Of a DNA stretch of 49,572 nucleotides, positions 34,749 to 43,040 are shown piece by piece. The first letter of the stretch is position 1, and each line of letters begins with the position of its first letter. The notes under the pieces are model-generated. The model saw only the letters and a list, made by a program, of their open reading frames with translations, was not told the DNA's origin and did not search any database. The position numbers were made by a program, and so were the translations under genes. The DNA is from a virus (taxonomy: Duplodnaviria; Caudoviricetes), in IMG/VR virus record IMGVR_UViG_3300012971_000008, positions 1 through 49,572 of that record. One strand, written 5' to 3'.

Positions 34749-35566
34749 CAGTACCTCTGCGCTCCTGGCATAATTTGAATTGTGCTGATGCGTCTATCCC
34801 TTTCTTGCTGGAGGATTCTAGCCTCAATTAACCCCGGCCGCGCATATTTTCCCGTATTCGGATCAAGAGTTTTTGGATCACCGTAAAGCAGATTATGAAG
34901 ATACGCCGCATGGTCATTCCAACGTAAAACTGTCGCGCCGCGCTCGGCTGCGGCAATGCAAACTATTTCAAACCAGTCTTGCGGGACACAGACCGGAGTG
35001 GTCAAAATATCAGGATTGAAAGTATGTCGGCGCTGATAGGGAAGATAAACATTGTAGGGTTGTCCCGGCTGCGGGCCGAACCAATACTGCGAGCCATATC
35101 TCGTATATTTGAACGGTACACCGCCAGGGATGAACAGCAAGGATTGAATGGCTTTAGGTGTAAGGTAATCCATGCCATAAGCCACGACATTTCCAGCATT
35201 TGAAGTGTTCATGGTCTGAACCGGGATCATGCCGACAGCGGCCTGATTCGCTGTAAGAAAAATCACCGGGTCTTCTGTGACCGTCACGTCATCGCCATCA
35301 GCAATAAACATGCTTACTGGATAAGCGTAGTTGGAGCCTTGGAAACCTAAGCCGGGGCCGATAGTTTGAACGGGTCCGGTTACTCGCAATTCTTCAAACG
35401 GATTATCGGAAGTGATTTCTCGCAGTGCATCTTGCAACCAAGCCGACGGCCGCATAGAAGGATTCGCCGCCGATTCGCTGGCATCCGAGCGATTCTGTAG
35501 GTATGCCCGGACCTTGTTGATGAGGCCAGCGATGGTACAAGTCGAAGCTGCCGGAGTGCTGAGCAT
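34748..35566 (-). CDS. Head-tail adaptor / tail tubular protein A-like
   Basis: TIAGLINKVRAYL..W...ALREI, GVPFKYT, FGPQP; TGATG-coupled start at 35566. Confidence 0.65.
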   Translation of the reverse strand: MLSTPAASTCTIAGLINKVRAYLQNRSDASESAANPSMRPSAWLQDALREITSDNPFEELRVTGPVQTIGPGLGFQGSNYAYPVSMFIADGDDVTVTEDPVIFLTANQAAVGMIPVQTMNTSNAGNVVAYGMDYLTPKAIQSLLFIPGGVPFKYTRYGSQYWFGPQPGQPYNVYLPYQRRHTFNPDILTTPVCVPQDWFEIVCIAAAERGATVLRWNDHAAYLHNLLYGDPKTLDPNTGKYARPGLIEARILQQERDRRISTIQIMPGAQRY

Positions 35567-35964
35567 CAGCCTCCTACCAGCACCATGGCGGGAATGGTAG
35601 AGAGCACGCCGGTCAAGGTGACTGCGGTGATGCCGCCGCCCGATTCCGCCGGATCGAAATAAATAAAAACTCCGCCCGGTCCTAGGGTGCAAGTGGAAGC
35701 GGACCCTCCAGCCGGAGTGTGCGCCACTTGCAACACCCCAGTACTGGCCAGGTTTTGCACCAGCACGGCAAACACCGGAGAGGTCGGGAGAGTAACACCG
35801 ACTCCGAGCGTGGTGGCTTGGAAAAACGACTCAAACAGTTCTACCGTGGCGCTCTGCCGGGGATTGCCAAAATCGTAGTTGACGATGTAGGGAGGCGTCT
35901 GAATCGCTTGCCGCGAAACCGTCAGGATAGCTTGCAGTTGGATGAACAGGTTAGGTGAGCTCAA
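35566..35964 (-). CDS. Virion structural protein (beta-rich)
   Basis: TTG start after GGAGG; within the structural operon. Confidence 0.65.
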   Translation of the reverse strand: MSSPNLFIQLQAILTVSRQAIQTPPYIVNYDFGNPRQSATVELFESFFQATTLGVGVTLPTSPVFAVLVQNLASTGVLQVAHTPAGGSASTCTLGPGGVFIYFDPAESGGGITAVTLTGVLSTIPAMVLVGG

Positions 35965-35982
35965 GTACTGGTACCTCCTGAG

Positions 35983-36366
35983 CTAAGCGATGATAAGGCG
36001 ATAGGGGGTATTTGCGGTAGTCGATTTCAAGGTGATGGTGGTGGTGGTCCACGTGGTCCAATCACCGTACAGGACCCCGCCATCTTTGGTGACTTGCCCC
36101 ACAATGCAAATCGGCAAACGCGGTTTGCCGTCGGCACCCACCAAACTGTGGTTCAAAGTAAAAGCGGTGTTCGCGGCCACGCCGGTAGTGCCTTCATATT
36201 TCCAGGTGGAAAAATTGTTGTCAGTATTTTTTCCGTCCATGGAAGGGTTGACGATGGTGTCGCCGAAGGACAACTGGCCGTTCATGGAGCGCGCAAGATA
36301 TTCCAGCATACGACTCTGGTTCAGCGGATCGCGCGGATCACCGAGAATTGTGGGTTGCACTCTCAT
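35983..36366 (-). CDS. Virion structural protein
   Basis: NGQLSFGD..TLNHSL..P motif; ATGA coupling. Confidence 0.7.
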   Translation of the reverse strand: MRVQPTILGDPRDPLNQSRMLEYLARSMNGQLSFGDTIVNPSMDGKNTDNNFSTWKYEGTTGVAANTAFTLNHSLVGADGKPRLPICIVGQVTKDGGVLYGDWTTWTTTTITLKSTTANTPYRLIIA

Positions 36367-36830
36367 GCGTAAGCCGTCGTTTCCACTTCGCCTTCCAGCC
36401 GCACTTTAACAACAGAAAGAGGGCCAGCATTGGCCGCGCGCCCCACGCTAAACTGCAAATTCTGCGCGGTCAAGCTGAGCCCCAGCACCAGCGTACACAA
36501 TTTCCCGGTTGCTGCCACCGTGCCCAAGGTTTGCGGGCTCGATTCGCTTACCGGGGCTTGCGTGTTCTGGTCATAGCCGGAAAGGGTGAAGGTCACATTG
36601 ACCACGCCCAGATCGCGGTAAGTTATCATCTGCCGGTTGCAAGTCGGGGTTCGGCCGGGAATGATCTCTTCCACTTTCCAGAAATAAAAACTTCCGGTAT
36701 CGGGATCGTTGAAATTGCTCACATCAAAAAAATACAGGTCGCCGGAGAGAAAACTCCCGTTCATGGCGCTGACCGGATAGAGCGCCAGCCGCAAAGGAGA
36801 ATCGGTTCCGCCATTGCTCGAAACAGGCAT
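36363..36830 (-). CDS. Tail nozzle-like C-terminal part
   Basis: In frame with 36837-38171 across a single TGA. Confidence 0.65.
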   Translation of the reverse strand: MPVSSNGGTDSPLRLALYPVSAMNGSFLSGDLYFFDVSNFNDPDTGSFYFWKVEEIIPGRTPTCNRQMITYRDLGVVNVTFTLSGYDQNTQAPVSESSPQTLGTVAATGKLCTLVLGLSLTAQNLQFSVGRAANAGPLSVVKVRLEGEVETTAYA

Positions 36831-36836
36831 CAGGCC

Positions 36837-38171
36837 TCACACGTAATTAGGTTGCGCGGTTATCAATTTCGGTTCGGTCAAATTCGGTTTAGGGATGTCC
36901 CAAACCTCCCAATACTTTTCCGCGAACGAATAGTTGTAGATTCTTTGCCGCAACCCGCCGCTAGTCTGCGGCAAGGGAATCGACAGTTCGTAACTCAAAT
37001 AGACGTAGCCGTCGCTGAATCTGGGGATGATGGCGCCAACCGGAATGCGCTGCTGAATGGACGGGTCGATACCGGAATTGGCGGCAACGTCGCGCATGAT
37101 GGCGTCGCGCGCGCCTCCGCCAATCGGGCTGGCATTGGTGAGGGTAAGCGAATAGACATTATCCTCGGCCACGAAAGCGGCTTGCGGTCCGTACTGCGCA
37201 ATGCTCCAGGGCAGCACCGAGCCGATGCCGTGCTCGCTCGCCCACATATGGTTGAACTGGAACGGGGCCACGGCGGAACCGCTGGGGGAAAATTGGCTGA
37301 TGCCCGCGTTGCGGAACAGATAACCGGCCACGCCCAAAGTGGCGAGCCCGGTGATTTGGTCGGACACATCCAGCAATGCGTTGAACCCGGCGCTGGTATT
37401 GTGCGTGGGGTCCCATTCAAGCGGCAAACCGTTGGCGCTCCACCAGACCAGGTTAGGCATAGAGAAAACGTCGCCGGTAGCCTGGTCGCGCATGGACACA
37501 TTGGCCAGAATCAACTGGTTATTGAGTTCGCCGAGATATTGCGCGCCGATAGCCAGAGGACCGGCGCGAGGTCCGCCAATCTGCGAATAGAATTGCGCGA
37601 GGGTGCCGCTCACGGCGGCGCTGCTGGCGGCAGCGATCCCGGCCGCGGACTGTGTAACCGAGGCGTCATATTGGGTTTGCGTGGCAATGAACCCGGCGGT
37701 GATGCCGTCCCAATAAGCCAGAAAAGGATGGGTAGTCAGGCGGACATGGCCAAGCACATCAGAGGAAAAAAACTGGTTGACGTTGGTGTACCACAGGATG
37801 TTGGCGAAGCTGCGGTAGGCAACCGGATACGGTCCTTGCACTTGCGTGGACCCGGTAATGTCGTCCCAGGGCGGCGGAGGGGTGGCGGGATTGTACTGAA
37901 AGATTTTATTGAACTGCCAGATGACGGTATGAAAGATGCCGTTAACGTCGCGGAACGAAGTAATGCCCAAAATCTGTCCGTTGTTGGGAGTATCGAATTT
38001 TTTTGTGAAAACCGGGAGCGACCGGAGTTCAGAATTTCTCAACAAGAAATTACTAAGTGCGGGACTCTCATTGTCCGCGAGCAAGGATTCGGGAACTTGT
38101 ACGTTTAACCCGCCGTAAGGACCGGCGTATTCCTCGACCCATTGGCCTTTGGCGTTGATTTGCGGCGGCAC
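36837..38171 (-). CDS. Tail nozzle / tubular protein B-like (beta-propeller)
   Basis: GGLN..P...L..NES..L.N start; NNQLILAN, VWWS, ITGL, GIG.V motifs. Confidence 0.7.
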   Translation of the reverse strand: MPPQINAKGQWVEEYAGPYGGLNVQVPESLLADNESPALSNFLLRNSELRSLPVFTKKFDTPNNGQILGITSFRDVNGIFHTVIWQFNKIFQYNPATPPPPWDDITGSTQVQGPYPVAYRSFANILWYTNVNQFFSSDVLGHVRLTTHPFLAYWDGITAGFIATQTQYDASVTQSAAGIAAASSAAVSGTLAQFYSQIGGPRAGPLAIGAQYLGELNNQLILANVSMRDQATGDVFSMPNLVWWSANGLPLEWDPTHNTSAGFNALLDVSDQITGLATLGVAGYLFRNAGISQFSPSGSAVAPFQFNHMWASEHGIGSVLPWSIAQYGPQAAFVAEDNVYSLTLTNASPIGGGARDAIMRDVAANSGIDPSIQQRIPVGAIIPRFSDGYVYLSYELSIPLPQTSGGLRQRIYNYSFAEKYWEVWDIPKPNLTEPKLITAQPNYV

Positions 38172-38180
38172 ATTCCGTCC

Positions 38181-38687
38181 TCAAATCGAAATTTGCAGAG
38201 TGCCCGAAGGCAATGCGTTAATCACCAAGCCGTTGATGGGGAAAGCTTTCATGTAGGTGTAGGGGCCGCCGGTCACAGCGGTGGGATTCCACACCAGACG
38301 GCCATTGATGTCGGTGAGCAGGAGCACGTTGGTGGCGGTAGGGCCGTCCCAAAGCATTTGCGTCACTTCGATCAGTTCCCGGTAGGCCACGGTATAAACC
38401 GCTCCGTTGGCGCCATTGTTGGCGAGCGTAGCCTGGTCGGGAGTAATGTCGATCAGAAAACTGTTGGCGGCGGCGCCGAGCGCGCGCACCCGGTAGAGCC
38501 CCTGCCAGCCGACAATGGTAGTGGCCTGAATGGAGATGAACAGATCCACAGCCAAGCCGGTAAGTGCTCCCGCTAGTTGCACGGTGGCCGAGCCCTGCAA
38601 GTTGCGGGTGATGGAAGTAATGTTGGCGGTGGCCGCTTGGTCAGCGGTCACAAAAGACCAGGGGTTCCCACGAATATCCGCCATCAA
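38181..38687 (-). CDS. Virion structural protein
   Basis: Beta-rich 168 aa ORF in the structural operon. Confidence 0.7.
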   Translation of the reverse strand: MMADIRGNPWSFVTADQAATANITSITRNLQGSATVQLAGALTGLAVDLFISIQATTIVGWQGLYRVRALGAAANSFLIDITPDQATLANNGANGAVYTVAYRELIEVTQMLWDGPTATNVLLLTDINGRLVWNPTAVTGGPYTYMKAFPINGLVINALPSGTLQISI

Positions 38688-38950
38688 TAAACTCCACTGC
38701 TGGCCGGTAGCGTATCCAATTGGCTGAACGGATCAACCGGATAAATCAATTTGGGATCGGGCACCAGTTCTTGCCGGTCTTTCATGCATTCATTGGCCAT
38801 GCGGTATTCAAACGATCCGTTGATGGCGGAATCTTTTTCGTCGTTGCACACCAGCAACCCATTGTCCCAGGACATATCCTCAATCGGCCACTTGCGCCCG
38901 GTCCTCATGCAGGTGGCGTAGGTATATTCACAATAGCCACGCCAGATCAA
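38684..38950 (-). CDS. Conserved head-region protein with C..TG..WDNGLLVC motif
   Basis: Cys motif typical of small genes downstream of capsid genes. Confidence 0.65.
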   Translation of the reverse strand: MIWRGYCEYTYATCMRTGRKWPIEDMSWDNGLLVCNDEKDSAINGSFEYRMANECMKDRQELVPDPKLIYPVDPFSQLDTLPASSGVY

Positions 38951-38953
38951 GGC

Positions 38954-39235
38954 TTACCTCTTAAAGGGAGATTTTGCTTTAGGCGGTTCTTCGGGCTCCG
39001 GCGCTGGTTCCGGCTTGGGCTGCGGAGGCGTGGATTTCATGGATGCTCCCTTTTTCACAGTCTCGTCGGCAAGTTCAGAAGTATCGGCCGGACCCAAGCG
39101 GTTTAAATGTTCCTGAAAGAATCCGACGGCTGCTTCGTCGGTAGCGAAGTCTCCGCCGGTACCGCTGCAAGAACAAGCCAGATGGAAGGGCAGTCCAGCA
39201 ATGTTGCTCGAAGTAATGGTTCCTTTGTGATGCAC
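38954..39235 (-). CDS. Hypothetical protein with Pro-rich tail
   Basis: GAGG RBS, GTG start. Confidence 0.6.
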   Translation of the reverse strand: MHHKGTITSSNIAGLPFHLACSCSGTGGDFATDEAAVGFFQEHLNRLGPADTSELADETVKKGASMKSTPPQPKPEPAPEPEEPPKAKSPFKR

Positions 39236-39244
39236 GGTTACACC

Positions 39245-39778
39245 TCAGAACAGGGGCACGATGGTGTAATCAAGCCCAAGATGTACTGTGCCGTTGCCCA
39301 GGGTGAGGGCGGCGCCGGTACCGATGAGCTTGATTTCTAAGCCCAAGTTAGCACAGTTGGCCACGGAAATTTTGGATGTTCCGATAGTGGTTGCAGCCCC
39401 GGCAAAGGTGGAAGCGGTTTGATCGACTAGGCCGGTCACGGTCATATTCAATAGCGCAGTGGTTTTGCCCACATACTCGATTTGGAAAGCGTTGTCGGCA
39501 TTGGCGATAGTGTAGGCGGTGGAGTTGTAGACGTATTCGGCGCGCAAGGCGGTAGGCACAAAGACAAAACCGGCTGGCGGGACCGGGATGCCGCCGGTAG
39601 TGACCGGGGCGGGCACCAGGGTCACGGCGGTAGTTTGCAAGGCCAGCAGTTGCGCGGAAGAGAGGATATAGCGGATTCCCTGGCGCGCGGTACACCCGTC
39701 GATGGTGCCGTTGGGGAAGCCGGTTAAGCGGAACTGTTCCCAATACTTGCTTAGCGAATCGGGCAAAACCGCAGCCAT
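39245..39778 (-). CDS. Virion structural protein (possible head fibre/decoration)
   Basis: Follows the major capsid gene; LSSAQLLAL..VTLVPAP. Confidence 0.7.
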   Translation of the reverse strand: MAAVLPDSLSKYWEQFRLTGFPNGTIDGCTARQGIRYILSSAQLLALQTTAVTLVPAPVTTGGIPVPPAGFVFVPTALRAEYVYNSTAYTIANADNAFQIEYVGKTTALLNMTVTGLVDQTASTFAGAATTIGTSKISVANCANLGLEIKLIGTGAALTLGNGTVHLGLDYTIVPLF

Positions 39779-39788
39779 GTTTCACCCC

Positions 39789-40754
39789 TTACGCGGCATA
39801 AGAGCCGAAAGTGCCTCTCCAACTGGTGGCTACCACGCCAAAGCGCTGGTTGGAGCGGAACAGCAGCACTTGGGTTTTGAAGTCGTCGTCGGTGGCGGCA
39901 GCCAGACTCTTGCGCTCATAGAACTTCAGTTGGTGGCCTTCTTTTTCCGCCAGCAGGAACCAGGCATTGGCGCTGGTCAGGTAGTTCAATTCGAGCCCGA
40001 CTAGGTTTTCTCCAATGAGCCAGTTCAGTTCGTTGTTGCCGGAACCAGGCACGCCGGGCGATCCCAGCAATTCGCGCACATTGCGCCGCTGTTGCACGGT
40101 ATGCACCAGGTATTTGGGCTTGACGTGGATCGGGATGCCGCGATCATCGGGCTGCAAAGCGATCATGGTAATCGCTTGCTGCAAACTGGTCATAGTCAAG
40201 TCGGCATCGGGATTGGGCCGGTTGGGGTAGGTGCCGCTGGAATTGATGATGGTAGAGATATTGGGGGCAATTCCGGTGGCGGCTGGCCCGCCCATCAACG
40301 GTTGCGCGGTATTGAAGAGAGTGGCTCCGTTGGTGGTGGTAATGGAAGTGCCGCCCAGATTGAACAGCGAACAGCAAGCCGCTTCGCGGGAAAACATGCC
40401 CGAGCGCGCGTGCGATTCCGGCATACGCATGAACACCCGGTACAAGTCGTCATCGACCAGTTGCCGGGTAACTTCCGAGAGCAGGCCGTATTCCAGGTGA
40501 ACCACTTTCTTGGTGCCGCCGGAGATCAGCCCGTCGGTAGCCGGTGCGCTGCCTTCGGTCAGGATAGGCATAGGCGCGGTGCCCGACAGTTCCCAATCAA
40601 TTTCGTAGGCGCGATCGGAAGTGTCCTCGTTCATGTAGTGCGGGTACTGCGGCATGTGCTCTTTCAGATCGAGCCAATGAATAAAGATGTGCCGCAACCC
40701 AGGCGCAAGTGCCGGAGGAAACTGGTTCCTTGTCATCACAGCGCTACCGGGCAT
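39789..40754 (-). CDS. Major capsid protein (HK97 fold)
   Basis: LAPGLR, SDRAYE, EGS, YGL..EVTRQLVDDDLY, PKYLV, YLTSANAWFL, WRGTFGS. Confidence 0.88.
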   Translation of the reverse strand: MPGSAVMTRNQFPPALAPGLRHIFIHWLDLKEHMPQYPHYMNEDTSDRAYEIDWELSGTAPMPILTEGSAPATDGLISGGTKKVVHLEYGLLSEVTRQLVDDDLYRVFMRMPESHARSGMFSREAACCSLFNLGGTSITTTNGATLFNTAQPLMGGPAATGIAPNISTIINSSGTYPNRPNPDADLTMTSLQQAITMIALQPDDRGIPIHVKPKYLVHTVQQRRNVRELLGSPGVPGSGNNELNWLIGENLVGLELNYLTSANAWFLLAEKEGHQLKFYERKSLAAATDDDFKTQVLLFRSNQRFGVVATSWRGTFGSYAA

Positions 40755-40785
40755 GGTCGCCTCCTATTCCTAAGTCCTGCCGGGC

Positions 40786-41418
40786 TTAGGCGAAAATCTG
40801 CGCTACCGCGTTGAGTACGGAGAAAATGACGTGCCCGCCCACGGTGCCAGCGGCTTCCAGCGGATAGAGGGCAACGATACGCACGGCGGCATTGGCGCCG
40901 GTTTTGTTGGTGTCCACGTACCACAGGCCGGAAGCGGCTTCCTTGGTCAGACCGTAAGCGACGCCTACCTGGTTGTTATTGGTGGCAACCGCTGCCGGAG
41001 AGCCCGAGCTCGATCCCAGCACCCCGATAAACAGGGTAGTTGGCGCGGCCACATAATAAATGTTATTGCCGTCGGTGATGGGGGTCATGGGAGGGGTAAT
41101 GACGGCCAAGGCTTGGTAGGAGTCGCCTGGAGGGGCATAACTGCCGACATTGCTGCCCGGTCCAAGGATCGGAGAAAAACCGCTAGGGGCTCCGGCGCCG
41201 GTAGTGGCCAGGTTTTGCCCCGGCTGGGCGGCGAATCCGGCGATGCCTGCGGTCAGGGTGGTGCCGTCCCAGGCTTGCACCCCGCCGTCACTAGCGTTGA
41301 TTTGTACCGGGGTGCCTAGCAGGAAAGTTTGCCCGGCTTCTTCGATGGTGGCGCGCATGGGGAAGGAAACCGCTCCGCCCAAGTCCTGATAAGGGTTGAT
41401 GACATCGGCAAAGGCCAT
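40786..41418 (-). CDS. Capsid decoration/cement-like protein
   Basis: G/A/T-rich beta protein directly upstream of the major capsid gene. Confidence 0.6.
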   Translation of the reverse strand: MAFADVINPYQDLGGAVSFPMRATIEEAGQTFLLGTPVQINASDGGVQAWDGTTLTAGIAGFAAQPGQNLATTGAGAPSGFSPILGPGSNVGSYAPPGDSYQALAVITPPMTPITDGNNIYYVAAPTTLFIGVLGSSSGSPAAVATNNNQVGVAYGLTKEAASGLWYVDTNKTGANAAVRIVALYPLEAAGTVGGHVIFSVLNAVAQIFA

Positions 41419-41439
41419 GGTGGTTCTCCTGCGCTTAAA

Positions 41440-42033
41440 TTAAGGATTCGGAACCTTCAATACCGAGGTGTTGTCCTTGCGGAAGTGGCTTTCAAAGTCG
41501 GGAAGGTCTTCGCCTGTAACCATTTCGGTTTTTATACCCGGCACCAGGTCTTCCGCGCGCATGGCCCGGCCGGTGGTGGAGTAAGCGGTGGGATAAGCCA
41601 TCTGGTAGGCACTGACATTTTCCGCTTTCCTTTTTTGCCGGTGCAGCAGCATGGGCAGTTTCATCATGCGCAAGTCGCCATTCCTGATTTCGTTGGAAAA
41701 GCCGTCCGGCTTGCCGTTCTTGCGGTTTTTCACGGTGAAGTCGTTGGCCATTTCCACGTCTTCGGTAGTGGCGAAGTCCCAGCCTACGGCGCGCAGCGAT
41801 TCGACGCGAGTGTGGTCGGGATTGAGGCCGCTGCGGTCTTCGATCCACTTGTAGGCGAAATTGGGATTCTTGAAAAACTTGACGCGCAGGGAGTGCGGAG
41901 CGTCCATGGGCCGGGCCACGATATTGGTGTCGAAGATGTCTTGCAGTTCTTGCGGCCACTGGTTGGGGTCGGAGCCCAGATTTTCCCGCAGTTCTTTCAG
42001 CAGTTTCGGGGGAATGACGCTGTAGGAAGCCAT
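41440..42033 (-). CDS. Head morphogenesis protein
   Basis: YKWI..GWDF..IRNGDL.MMKLP pattern between scaffold and capsid genes. Confidence 0.7.
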   Translation of the reverse strand: MASYSVIPPKLLKELRENLGSDPNQWPQELQDIFDTNIVARPMDAPHSLRVKFFKNPNFAYKWIEDRSGLNPDHTRVESLRAVGWDFATTEDVEMANDFTVKNRKNGKPDGFSNEIRNGDLRMMKLPMLLHRQKRKAENVSAYQMAYPTAYSTTGRAMRAEDLVPGIKTEMVTGEDLPDFESHFRKDNTSVLKVPNP

Positions 42034-42036
42034 GGT

Positions 42037-42687
42037 TTAGTGCAACCGTCCATCGCGCAGGTCTTGCGCGAATTTTTCCGGGTCGATATTCAGCTTGCGC
42101 AAAGTGTCGCCAGCGGTTTCCGTGCGGTCTTCGGTGATCCACGGTTCAAACTGGTTCAACGGCGATTCCGGCCCGCCGGTTTTGCTGCTGGCATCTTCTA
42201 GGAAAAACTTGCCGGAGTTGTCGCGCCGCAACCCGCTTTTGAGCGCTTCCCGCCCCACCAGCATGTTCACCGCTTCCGCGCACAGTTTGTCGTAATCCGG
42301 CCGCGCTTTGGTTTCATTGGCGGTTTTCGCGAACATATCGAGCAACTGCGGTTTCAAATAGGACCAGTCGCCACTGAGCGCGTTCATGCAGTTTTGTTCG
42401 ACCAGCATGGCGCGAGTCGATACGTTCATGGCGAATAGCGCGCGTTCCGCGTTCAAGCGGCGTTGATCTTCGGTGATCTCTTCCGGCGGCGGGGTATTGG
42501 ATTTTTCCGCTTCCGCTTTGATGCCGTTCCATTCGCTTTCCAGCGTGCTTATGGTTTCCCGCAGCGGCGCCAGTTTTTCGTCCATCCTGGCGGCGAAAGC
42601 GTCGAGTAAGGCTGACTGATCGTCTTTAGGCGGGGTGGGCGGAGTTTCCGCTTTCTTCTCTTCTTTTTGGAACGGCTTCCAAGCCAT
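42037..42687 (-). CDS. Putative scaffolding protein
   Basis: Helical/coiled-coil; C-terminal LRKLNIDPEKFA helix; downstream of portal. Confidence 0.6.
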   Translation of the reverse strand: MAWKPFQKEEKKAETPPTPPKDDQSALLDAFAARMDEKLAPLRETISTLESEWNGIKAEAEKSNTPPPEEITEDQRRLNAERALFAMNVSTRAMLVEQNCMNALSGDWSYLKPQLLDMFAKTANETKARPDYDKLCAEAVNMLVGREALKSGLRRDNSGKFFLEDASSKTGGPESPLNQFEPWITEDRTETAGDTLRKLNIDPEKFAQDLRDGRLH

Positions 42688-42838
42688 GTCTAGTACCCTT
42701 GCGGTGAAACGCTACAGTACCAGTACTTTCCAAGTCAAGGGTTTTGAGGAAAGCGCGCCACCAATTTCGTGTCACCAGGATGTAGTGATCGTCGGGGGTG
42801 CGCAGGATTTCCGTGGGTCCGTGGCTAGGTATCTTCAT
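42626..42838 (-). CDS. Hypothetical protein
   Basis: GGAAAGG RBS; overlaps neighbours. Confidence 0.4.
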   Translation of the reverse strand: MKIPSHGPTEILRTPDDHYILVTRNWWRAFLKTLDLESTGTVAFHRKGTRHGLEAVPKRREESGNSAHPA

Positions 42839-43040
42839 GTTTGCGCCTTTCCAGAAACATTTTCAGGTCTTCCACGATGTCGGCGATGTCTTCATAGGCT
42901 TGGATTTTGCCGCGAAAAAAGGCTTGTTCGATGTTGGCTTGCTGGCTGGCGGGCAAGCCATGCACGATCTGATAGCTCAAGTCTTGCGCTTTATCGCGGC
43001 AATCCAGGACCAAAAGCCGGTATCCCTCCGAGTGCAGCAT
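42825..43040 (-). CDS. Small portal-proximal protein
   Basis: FFRGKIQAYEDI motif typical of the post-portal gene; GGAG RBS. Confidence 0.6.
   Translation of the reverse strand: MLHSEGYRLLVLDCRDKAQDLSYQIVHGLPASQQANIEQAFFRGKIQAYEDIADIVEDLKMFLERRKHEDT

Noticed and set aside
36348-38108. 586-aa + strand ORF and other long antisense ORFs (e.g. 30422-31605, 45868-47001)
   Set aside because: Shadow frames opposite well-supported - strand genes in GC-rich DNA
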